Below, piece after piece: positions 1 to 7,695 of a DNA stretch of 16,560 nucleotides (its first letter is position 1; each line of letters starts with the position of its first letter). This DNA comes from Caecitellus pseudoparvulus (taxonomy: Eukaryota; Protista; Bigyra: Bicosoecida). Location of the stretch: assembly GCA_965644315.1 (NCBI GenBank), contig CBFFRQ010000160.1, positions 1-16,560 on the forward strand. The letters run 5' to 3'. A program made the position numbers and the translations under genes. The notes under the pieces were generated by a model, which saw only the letters and a program-made list of their open reading frames with translations, was not told the origin of the DNA and did no database searches.

Positions 1-144
1 CGTGTTGGTGCGTTGTGCGTGGCAATCGAAATGCATTGAACTGGGCCCGCCTCGAGGCCGTCCCCTCCCCCCTCTATGCCAGCGGCCCCCAGGGCTCGCT
101 GCAACTCTTGGGGGAGGGGACGCCTCCTTGCGGCACCCGCCAAT
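1..144 (-). repeat. Split direct repeat B2 (terminal, truncated by about 6 bp)
   Basis: Near-identical to 339-481 and 7189-7332 (cgtgttggtgcgttgtgcgtggcaatcgaaatgc...cacccgccaat). Confidence 0.92.
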
Positions 145-333
145 CGAGAAAAAGTAAAAACTAAGGATAGAGAGTGACGAGGCCGGCTAATGACTGGTTT
201 TGTCATGCCCGGTCCTGCCGTCGTCTACTCTGCGTTGGGGCGGCGGGGGACAATTGTGCCACTAGCGTGGGACTGCCCGCCGCCCCTCCTGCCGGGAAAC
301 ATGGTTGCCGGCTGGGGTGCCGGCAACCTCGGT
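144..333 (-). repeat. Split direct repeat A2
   Basis: Near-identical to 5637-5816 and 7332-7519 (tcga..aaa..gagagtgacgaggccggctaatgactgg...ggcaacctcggt). Only the A-rich edge differs appreciably. Confidence 0.92.
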
Positions 334-1381
334 TCCCTCGTGTTGGTGCGTTGTGCGTGGCAATCGAAATGCATTGAACTGGGCCCGCCTCGAGGCCGTC
401 CCCTCCCCCCTCTATGCCAGCGGCCACCAGGGCTCGCTGCATCTCTTGGGGGAGGGGACGCCTCCTGCGGCACCCGCCAATACTTTTCAATGCTTGCTTC
501 CTCCCCTGGGTGTCATGGCCTCGTGCCACAGCCTCGCCCCCTCCCCCCTGGGTGTAGTATCGTGCCCGGGTGGGGGAGCCAGCCGCCCAGCCCGCCGCGT
601 GCTCCACCAAGACGTCGGGGGCCCGGCCTGTCCAGAACATATTGCCCCCGGGTCTCAGGTGGGCCAAGGACACGCCCGCTACAGCCTTCAGGATGCCTTG
701 CAGGCTGAGCCACGCCCACCTTGGGAGCAGGCTTCCCCGCTTGTCCCGGGCCTGCTCCCGGAGGCGGTCGAAGGCCCCCGCCCACTCGGCCTGGCGCACC
801 ACCTGGATGTGGCGGTTTGCACTCAGGTGCGTTTTATCCGTGACCCTGGCCTCCACCCACTGCAGGGGGCCCGCCCGCCCGAAGTGCAACTCCTCCCATC
901 GCAGGCCCCGGAGCTCTCCCGGCCTGCACATGCCGTGAAAGCCGATGTAGATAGCTGCGGCGGCAGTTGGGGCATGCCTCCCGAGGTGCGGCCCGTCCCA
1001 TGCCCGCTTCATGGCCTCCATGACTTGTTCTTTGCTGATAGGGCGGCGGTGTTGCTCCCCTCTCCCTCGGTGGAGCCGGCGGATTGCCCGGCAGATGCTG
1101 CCGACTGTGAGCCCCAGCGGGGCTAGCGACGGGATTGGCAGGCCCAGATACCTGAAACCACCGGCCCATTGCGCCAGGATCTGCTTCGCCCGATGGGGGG
1201 CCCATTTGCCTGCGGCCACGCCGCCCGTTAAGATGCCCACCATGGTCCGCGCCCTGTCCCGGGGTGCTGGAGCGGCCCTGATCAGGCCAGCAACCGCGCG
1301 AACGTACTTGACCACCGTCCCCTTTGCCAGCCTATGTTGGTGAATCCTGCTGATCGGGGACGCGGGGATGGCCCTAATCAT
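203..1381 (-). CDS. Tyrosine recombinase (YR) of the retrotransposon, 392 aa
   Basis: YR catalytic motifs in the expected order: GFHGMCRPGEL (R), DKTH (K), HLRPGG (H-x-R box II), AAGW (W), RARYY (Y). The ATG at 1381 overlaps the pol stop (ATGATTAG). Confidence 0.88.
   Translation of the reverse strand: MIRAIPASPISRIHQHRLAKGTVVKYVRAVAGLIRAAPAPRDRARTMVGILTGGVAAGKWAPHRAKQILAQWAGGFRYLGLPIPSLAPLGLTVGSICRAIRRLHRGRGEQHRRPISKEQVMEAMKRAWDGPHLGRHAPTAAAAIYIGFHGMCRPGELRGLRWEELHFGRAGPLQWVEARVTDKTHLSANRHIQVVRQAEWAGAFDRLREQARDKRGSLLPRWAWLSLQGILKAVAGVSLAHLRPGGNMFWTGRAPDVLVEHAAGWAAGSPTRARYYTQGGGGEAVARGHDTQGRKQALKSIGGCRRRRPLPQEMQRALVAAGIEGGGDGLEAGPVQCISIATHNAPTRGNRGCRHPSRQPCFPAGGAAGSPTLVAQLSPAAPTQSRRRQDRA
333..481 (-). 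repeat. Split direct repeat B1 (internal)
   Basis: ttccctcgtgttggtgcg...cacccgccaat. Matches 1-144 and 7183-7332 and abuts A2 at ctcggt/tccctcg. Confidence 0.92.
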
Positions 1382-3548
1382 CTGCCAGAAGGTCTGCTTC
1401 CTTATCCAGAGTGTGTCTGTGCAGGGCGACGGAGAGTTGAGCTGAGTGAATCCACGCGGTGCCCGCCCCGGCCTCTCCCGACGGCCCTACGTCTAGGGAC
1501 ACATCATGCCACCGCTCAGCGGCGCTGCTTCCCCCTGCTGATGCCTCCAGCTCGGCTGGTTGCCCTGGCGGGGGGCCGAGCGCTGCCGGTGTGCTGCTAT
1601 CCACCCTTTCGGGGTGGCTGAGGGCGTCCGCCCGCCAATTCAGGCTCCTCGGGATCCACCGAGGCGCCAAGTGGACGTCCAAAACACGGGAAACCCGCTC
1701 GAGGACCCCGCAGACGCGCGTGAGTTCACGGCTGTGCTTGCTGTACCCTCGTCGCGCCAGCGCCACCGCTGCCTGGCTGTCCGCAGCTAGGCAAAGCAGC
1801 AGCGGCCCCGGCTCGGGAAAAACATGCCGCGCCATTGCCATAGCCAAGGCGATTGCGTACAGCTCCAGCATCGTGGAGGCTCCCACGAGCTCCTCGCCCG
1901 GGGCTGTGCCGGGGATGCGCATGGACGCGTACCAAGCGGAGTCTGTGCGCTCTCCTGGCCCTGCCCACCTCGACACTGTTGCCCCCAGCCCGCCTTCCCC
2001 CGACGCGTCGCACGAGCCAAAGAGGGCGGCGCGCCACCTGCTTGACAGTGGGGAGAGCGGGCGCATCGGGCCCGTCGATAACGGCCCACCGAGGGCCCCA
2101 AGGAGGGTCCGCAGGGCCCCGTGCGACGCCGGGAGGACAGGCACGAGAGCGCCGGGGGGGCCGACGCGGTACTTGTGTGTGCGCATGGTATCGTACAAGA
2201 GCGACAGCGTTTGTTTTGCGTGGGGCACCACGGCCGACAGGCCGTGCAAGCGCCCTGTGACCGCGGCGAAAACGCGCTTGGGGATGGTGGAGCAAGCGCC
2301 GAGGCGATTAAGGACCGCGGCCAGCTGCCACCGCAGCTGAGTTCGTTTGGCTTGAGGACACTCAAGGTACACCCCACACGGGGCACACCTGACCACCATC
2401 CCCAAGTACTGAACGACGCGCTGTGGCCCTTGCGTCTTCTTGCGCGACACCCGGAAGCCCACGTCCTCGAACAGTTGAGTTATCTTGGGCACGATCGATG
2501 GCCGTGGCCCCAACGTAGCTCCCCCAAGCCCGACGTCGTCTACGTACACAACCACATGCCCTGCTGGGAACGCCGCTTCGATCTTGGCGCCCAGAAGTCC
2601 AGAAAAAAAGCAGAAAATGGCCCCGGCCGGGCTGTACCCGAAGGCCATCCGAAGCATGCGGAAGGCTGGCCTGCCCTGGGCGAGCATGGTGAACAGTCCG
2701 GCGCCCGACGGAGCGATGGGGATGGCCGTGTACCCTGCTTCCACGTCCAGGACAACACAGTCCGAGTTCGGCGGGAGGCGCAGCGCCCAGCTCTCCAGCG
2801 TGGGGTAGTGGAATGGGGGGCTCACTGTGGCCTGGTTGACGGCTGCCAGATCGTACACCACCCGCTGCTTGGCCCGGAACAGGCGGCTCGGGCGGGCGGG
2901 CGCGCGGGAAGAGCTGGCGGCCTGCACCGCCTCGCCTGGGTTCGCAGCAGCCCACTGTCGTAGAGCTTCGTCGCTGACGCCCGGCTGGGGGGCCCATGTC
3001 GTGACAACGAAGGCAGAAGCGGCTGGCCCTCCCATCTTTCGGTGCTGCTGCAGCTGCTGGGGGGTGACCGGCTGCAGCACGCGCGCAGCCGCGAAGGCGT
3101 CATAGGCCGCTGCCACCGCCCGCTCGTCGTGCGGCTGCAGCACGTATGCCGAGGACGGGGATGCCGCTGCCGGGGGGCGGCGAAACAGCAGCCAAGCGGG
3201 GTCCCACCCGCGCAGCGTGACCACGGTGAGCAGTCGCATGGCTGCGCACCGCTCAAGCTGCCGTAATCTGGAAGTGGTCTCGCCGCATGCGGGACACACG
3301 TCAGCGTGGGCCTCCTGGCAACCCCAGTATGAGACCACGGGGTGGGGGCCCCAGTCCAAGCCCCCACGCAAGATGTCCTCGAAGAGCCCCGGTGGAGTCC
3401 AACAACGGTCCCCATGCAGCTGCTGGACCATTGATTCGATGAGCACGGCCATGGCGCGGTGGTCTGTCGAGAGCGGGGCGGCAGCCCTCCACTCCACGGG
3501 CACGGCCCGGTACCCCGTGGTCGCTCGCACCACCGCGCTCCGGCCCAC
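1374..3548 (-). CDS. Pol: reverse transcriptase plus RNase H (DIRS/Ngaro type)
   Basis: RT motifs VLDVEAGYTAIPI, RMAFGYSPAG, YVDD (nt 2535-2546), YLGM. RNase H motifs CDASG, LELYAI, ADSQAA, WIPRSLNWRADALS. The listed start is GTG and the frame continues from ORF1 across one TAG. Confidence 0.95.
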   Translation of the reverse strand: MGRSAVVRATTGYRAVPVEWRAAAPLSTDHRAMAVLIESMVQQLHGDRCWTPPGLFEDILRGGLDWGPHPVVSYWGCQEAHADVCPACGETTSRLRQLERCAAMRLLTVVTLRGWDPAWLLFRRPPAAASPSSAYVLQPHDERAVAAAYDAFAAARVLQPVTPQQLQQHRKMGGPAASAFVVTTWAPQPGVSDEALRQWAAANPGEAVQAASSSRAPARPSRLFRAKQRVVYDLAAVNQATVSPPFHYPTLESWALRLPPNSDCVVLDVEAGYTAIPIAPSGAGLFTMLAQGRPAFRMLRMAFGYSPAGAIFCFFSGLLGAKIEAAFPAGHVVVYVDDVGLGGATLGPRPSIVPKITQLFEDVGFRVSRKKTQGPQRVVQYLGMVVRCAPCGVYLECPQAKRTQLRWQLAAVLNRLGACSTIPKRVFAAVTGRLHGLSAVVPHAKQTLSLLYDTMRTHKYRVGPPGALVPVLPASHGALRTLLGALGGPLSTGPMRPLSPLSSRWRAALFGSCDASGEGGLGATVSRWAGPGERTDSAWYASMRIPGTAPGEELVGASTMLELYAIALAMAMARHVFPEPGPLLLCLAADSQAAVALARRGYSKHSRELTRVCGVLERVSRVLDVHLAPRWIPRSLNWRADALSHPERVDSSTPAALGPPPGQPAELEASAGGSSAAERWHDVSLDVGPSGEAGAGTAWIHSAQLSVALHRHTLDKEADLLADD

Positions 3549-3551
3549 CTC

Positions 3552-5570
3552 CTAGAGGCTGAGAGCTGCCTCCACCATGGCCGTGGTGACAGCGCGGGGC
3601 TGCATGCGCCGCTGGAAGTCACGTCCCTTGGATGCCACCTTCCGCTCCCACTGGCGCACCAGCATGGCCACCGCCTGCGCCTGGGTAAGTTCTGCGGGCT
3701 TACCTCCGACTGTGTGGGTCCGGCGCAGGTGGGCCACATGCTGGGCCAGGCGTGGGCATGATGCCAGCGACCGGCGCCGCCGGTCGGATCCGACGCACCC
3801 GGGGCACCACACGAATGTGCTCGGGTCGTCCTGTCGGTACAGCCCCGCGGGAGGGCCACGAGCGGGGGTTTGCGCCGGGCCGCCCCCCGCACCTGGCATC
3901 GGTGTGGCGGCGGCCCCGGCCGCCCATGCCTCGCGCGCCAGCGAGCTGGCCACCAGTGCTTGCCCCGTCGCCGACGCCATCATGACAATGGTGGCGTTAG
4001 TGCGGAACGTGGCCACCCAGGAGGCCCACGTCAGCTGGGCCCATCGCCTGCGCTGGTCTTCGGGCAACGCAGCGGCGGTCTGCGCCACGGCCCGCACTGC
4101 GATTGTGATCAGGAGTGCGCACGCCATGGCTCGGCACAGGCCCCGCTGGTCTGCCAGGGCGGGCACCTCGGACGCCCACTTCCACCAGAACGCTCGGAGG
4201 GAGCGGTGGAGGTCGTCGGAAGGCGCCGTCAGCAAGTCCCTGGTCATCGCGGCAAGCCACCAAGCGCCCCCACGGTTGCCCAGCATGTGGCATGCCGACA
4301 GGGCACCCGCCCCAGTTACTGCCACTAGATGGGTTGGGTCAACTGTAACTTCCACCCTCCCTTGCACCAGGCGTACAGCAGTCACTACGTCCATAGCGTC
4401 GTCCATCATGACCGACGCGGACGGCGGGGCTACCTCATCGCCGGGGGCTGTGAGCCAGGACGGGTCGCCGGGAGCGGGCACGCGGGGCGAGTGGGGGGGG
4501 AGCTGGCGGGACAGGAACGTACCTGACGGCACTGGGCCCGTTGCTGCGGGCACCTCTCGTGCAGCAGCCTCAGCCATCTCGACAGCCACCGTGGTCAAGG
4601 CGTCTGTGGTCCCCGCAGCGAAAACTGCCCCCAAGGCTGACAGGCGGTCCCGGGCCACCGCCGACGAGGGGTGTGCGGTCGGCCCAATGACCCGCAGCGC
4701 GCCTACAGTGACCAGTACCTCGTCGGCTGGCGACGACCGACCGCTGTTCTCCCCTATGTGACCGAAAACAGCCGACCCGCCTTCGGGGTGGACTGCCGGC
4801 GAGGCTCCGCCGCCCCACGGGGGAGGGGGGGGCTGCGGGCTATAGGCCGCCCTGTGCCTCTTGGAGGCCGGGGGTTGACCCGGGGCCGCCGCACGGGGCT
4901 GTAACCGGGCGGCATCCGGTGTGGTGCCCGGGAAAACGGGAAAGAACGGGGCGCCGGCATCGTCGTCGCCAAAGTCGTCGTCGCCCGCCAGCGCGGCCTC
5001 CAGGACCCGCTGCAAATGCATCACGATGTCGTCGGGGGTGAGGTTGGGGGGAATACCGTTGAGTCTGCACCATGCGGCGAAGCGCCGTGGAGGCCAAGCG
5101 GAGAGGGCGTACGGCGATGTCTCCTCCGTTGCCAAGCCCACGTAGAACTGCAGCTGCACGACGACGTCCTCGCTCGGCACCGTCGCTCCCCTCTGCAGGA
5201 ACCACGTAAGCACTGTGGCGGGATCGTGCGGGAGGTCGCCTGCGACTGCGTCCGGCTGGGTCGGGCGCGGGGGTAGGTGCGGGCCGTAGGGCGTGCCACT
5301 GCTCGCACCGCGCGGACGGGTTCGCTTCGTGCCGTGCCCCCGTGGTGAGCCGCCTGCGCGATGAGGGGCACCGTCAGCGGGGAGGCGGAAAGCTCTGCCC
5401 GCAATGAGGGATCGCATGCGATCTGCCCGGAATCCCTCGGGCACCTCCCGGAGGCGCCAAGCGGCCTCCATCTTACCAAAATCCTCAGAATCCGCCCACT
5501 TCAGCCAGTACTCGAACTCCTGCTCCGTTATGAGCGCCTTGGCTTGCTTGGCGGAGTTGACAGACATCAT
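3552..5570 (-). CDS. ORF1, putative Gag-like protein, 672 aa
   Basis: Long ATG-initiated ORF just inside repeat A1 and upstream of pol. C-terminal Cys/His cluster (CPGC...SCPRLAQHVAHLRRTH). The Gag call is positional only. Confidence 0.72.
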   Translation of the reverse strand: MMSVNSAKQAKALITEQEFEYWLKWADSEDFGKMEAAWRLREVPEGFRADRMRSLIAGRAFRLPADGAPHRAGGSPRGHGTKRTRPRGASSGTPYGPHLPPRPTQPDAVAGDLPHDPATVLTWFLQRGATVPSEDVVVQLQFYVGLATEETSPYALSAWPPRRFAAWCRLNGIPPNLTPDDIVMHLQRVLEAALAGDDDFGDDDAGAPFFPVFPGTTPDAARLQPRAAAPGQPPASKRHRAAYSPQPPPPPWGGGASPAVHPEGGSAVFGHIGENSGRSSPADEVLVTVGALRVIGPTAHPSSAVARDRLSALGAVFAAGTTDALTTVAVEMAEAAAREVPAATGPVPSGTFLSRQLPPHSPRVPAPGDPSWLTAPGDEVAPPSASVMMDDAMDVVTAVRLVQGRVEVTVDPTHLVAVTGAGALSACHMLGNRGGAWWLAAMTRDLLTAPSDDLHRSLRAFWWKWASEVPALADQRGLCRAMACALLITIAVRAVAQTAAALPEDQRRRWAQLTWASWVATFRTNATIVMMASATGQALVASSLAREAWAAGAAATPMPGAGGGPAQTPARGPPAGLYRQDDPSTFVWCPGCVGSDRRRRSLASCPRLAQHVAHLRRTHTVGGKPAELTQAQAVAMLVRQWERKVASKGRDFQRRMQPRAVTTAMVEAALSL

Positions 5571-5636
5571 TTGTCGTGGATGTCCTCCCAGCTTCCGCCC
5601 TCCGTGTCGCTGGAAGCTGGATCATCCGATGCCATC

Positions 5637-5816
5637 TCGAAAAAAAAGGAAAGAGAGTGACGAGGCCGGCTAATGACTGGTTTTGTCATGCCCGGTCCTG
5701 CCGTCGTCTACTCTGCGTTGGGGCGGCGGGGGACAATTGTGCCACTAGCGTGGGACTGCCCGCCGCCCCTCCTGCCGGGAAACATGGTTGCCGGCTGGGG
5801 TGCCGGCAACCTCGGT
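5637..5816 (-). repeat. Split direct repeat A1 (5' terminus of the retrotransposon)
   Basis: Matches 144-333. Identity ends at ...aacctcggt (5816), where host-like sequence begins. Confidence 0.92.
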
Positions 5817-6425
5817 GGCGAGGTGTGTGGAGAGTCAGCGGCGCAGGTGGGGCGGTTGGCGGGCGTGACGCGCACAGGCGTCGCGGCACTGCAGGGTGAG
5901 CCGCCGTCATGGTCTGCCCAGTGGCATGCGGGGACGGTGGCGGACATGGTACTGTGGAAGGTGGGTGTGGTCGGTGTGGTCGGTGGTGGTCGGTGTGGCG
6001 GAGCGAGTTGTGGCGGCTTGGCGGTGACGAGCAGTGGGGGGTCAAGCAGCTGTGAGGAGTGGGGGGCGGAGGGGTGTGTGGGTGTGGGCGAGGGCGAGGG
6101 CGAGGTGGCTGGGGCGGCGAGCGCAGATGTGGGGCGAGGCGCGGGAGCGCGTGTGCAGGGCGTGCCTCGGTGCATGCTGTGCGATGTGGTGCTGGGGTCG
6201 TGGGGTGCTGTGGAGGAGCACAGGCGTGAGTGTCATGGGGGGGCAGGTGCGGGTGGTCGTGTGGTGTGCATTGTGTGTGGGAAGAGCTTCAGCAAGGCTG
6301 CGAACCTGAGGAAACATGTCCACACTGTGCATGAGGGCGCCCGAGACCACCACTGTCCGCACTGTGACAAGGCATTTGGCACGGCTGGCCACCTCAAGGT
6401 CCACATCCGCTCCCTACACGCATGA
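5817..6425 (+). pseudogene. C2H2 zinc-finger gene, copy 1: 3' part with three fingers, separated from its 5' part by the retrotransposon
   Basis: CMLC..HRRECH, CIVCGKSFSKAANLRKHVHTVH, linker EGARDHH, CPHCDKAFGTAGHLKVHIRSLH, stop at 6423-6425. The paralog at 7696-8463 shows that the frame originally extended upstream of 5817. Confidence 0.82.
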
Positions 6426-6451
6426 CCACTACGCCCTCAATGCACTACACC

Positions 6452-6928
6452 TCACCCCTCTCCACCCCCACCCCCCACACACCCACCCGGACGAGACACA
6501 CACACATACCCATCATCCACCTCACACCACAGCGGACACCCCTCCCCGCACCTCCACACATCCCCATGCCCGCCCTGACCACCCAACACACCCGCGCTCG
6601 CCGCACGCACACCATGCAGCGCCGCTGAGCCTGCAGCCGTCACCACCACGGACGTGACTGCGCCTGCCGCCGCACTGGCCACTGTGCCGGTGGTGCTGGC
6701 GGCTGTCGCGGCCAGGGCACACCCAGCACCGCACACACCTGCCACAGCTGCCGCGGCCACGTCACCGCCCACTGCCCGTGTGCCCTCCGTCATGGCGGTG
6801 GATGCCAGGCTGAGGCCCGCGCCAGCAACAGTGCCGGCAGCTTGGCTCGCCAGGTGCACTCCCGTGGCCACGGCTGCACCGGCGGCGAGGCCAGCGAGAG
6901 CGGGGCCCTGGTGTGGGGTCCCGGCCAT
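6452..6928 (-). CDS. Hypothetical Ala/Gly/Val/Thr-rich hydrophobic protein, 158 aa
   Basis: ATG in gtcATGg context after a CA-rich leader similar to the one before 7696. GTG/GCN-rich codons. No recognisable domain. Confidence 0.35.
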   Translation of the reverse strand: MAGTPHQGPALAGLAAGAAVATGVHLASQAAGTVAGAGLSLASTAMTEGTRAVGGDVAAAAVAGVCGAGCALAATAASTTGTVASAAAGAVTSVVVTAAGSAALHGVRAASAGVLGGQGGHGDVWRCGEGCPLWCEVDDGYVCVSRPGGCVGGGGGEG

Positions 6929-7182
6929 GACCAGATGTGTGTGGCGTGTGGCGTGTGGTCAGTGTGCTGTGGAGGTGTGCGGGTGGGCTGTGTATGGGTG
7001 TGAGGAAACGCCGTGGAAACGCGGCCGGCGTTGCGGGTGGTGCTGGAGGACGGGCCCGTGATCAGGGCAGTCCACTGTGCGCCGCGATGCAGCCAGGCAC
7101 AGGCCATGCACGGCAGCATGCTCGTGGGCGGCTGGCGTGCATGTGGCCGTGTGTGATGTGGGGGCGGGGGGGCAATGGTGGC

Positions 7183-7520
7183 TTCCCTCGTGTTGGTGCG
7201 TTGTGCGTGGCAATCGAAATGCATTGAACTGGGCCCGCCTCGAGGCCGTCCCCTCCCCCCTCTATGCCAGCGGCCACCAGGGCTCGCTGCATCTCTTGGG
7301 GGAGGGGACGCATCCTTGCGGCACCCGGCAATCGAGAAAAAGAAAAAAAAGGAAAGAGAGTGACGAGGCCGGCTAATGACTGGTTTTGTCATGCCCGGTC
7401 CTGCCGTCGTCTACTCTGCGCTGGGGCGGCGGGGGACAATTGTGCCACTAGCGTGGGACTGCCCGCCGCCCCTCCTGCCGGGAAACATGGTTGCCGGCTG
7501 GGGTGCCGGCAACCTCGGTT
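7183..7520 (-). mobile_element. Solo A-B remnant of the Ngaro element
   Basis: B (7183-7332) joined to A (7332-7520) exactly as B2/A2 at 1-333, with no ORFs and unrelated flanks on both sides. Confidence 0.9.
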
Positions 7521-7695
7521 GGGGCTGGGCGTGGGCGTGTGGAGTCGAGCGTGCAGCCCGAGCAGCTCGCCGGCGAGTCTCTCCTGCCCCCCCCGCACAC
7601 ACTTGCCCCCGCACACCACTTCCCAGCCACACACATCGCACACACTGCACACGAATCACACTGCACACTGCTGCCCTCCCCCCCACACAGTCATC

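Larger units (their letters stand above)
1..5816 (-). mobile_element. Ngaro-type (DIRS order) tyrosine-recombinase retrotransposon, near full length
   Basis: Minus-strand ORF order gag-like, RT/RNase H, tyrosine recombinase. Split direct repeats in the A1-ORFs-B1-A2-B2 layout (A1 5637-5816, B1 333-481, A2 144-333, B2 1-144). B2 lacks about 6 terminal bp at the window edge. Confidence 0.93.

Noticed and set aside
85-170. Divergence of B2/A2 from the other copies as evidence of element age
   Set aside because: The differences cluster near the sequence start and in a homopolymer tract, so they may be read-end or assembly errors.
1-481. Repeats interpreted as LTRs or a CRISPR array
   Set aside because: They are 150-190 bp units in A...B-A-B order with no spacers, no TG...CA ends and no DDE integrase. 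This fits Ngaro split direct repeats.
174-5673. Many long alternative-frame and antisense ORFs (e.g. 3577-4761 +, 1459-2340 +, 2121-2963 +, 2822-3892 -)
   Set aside because: Expected shadow ORFs in very GC-rich coding DNA. They have no motifs and overlap the motif-bearing gag, pol and YR frames.
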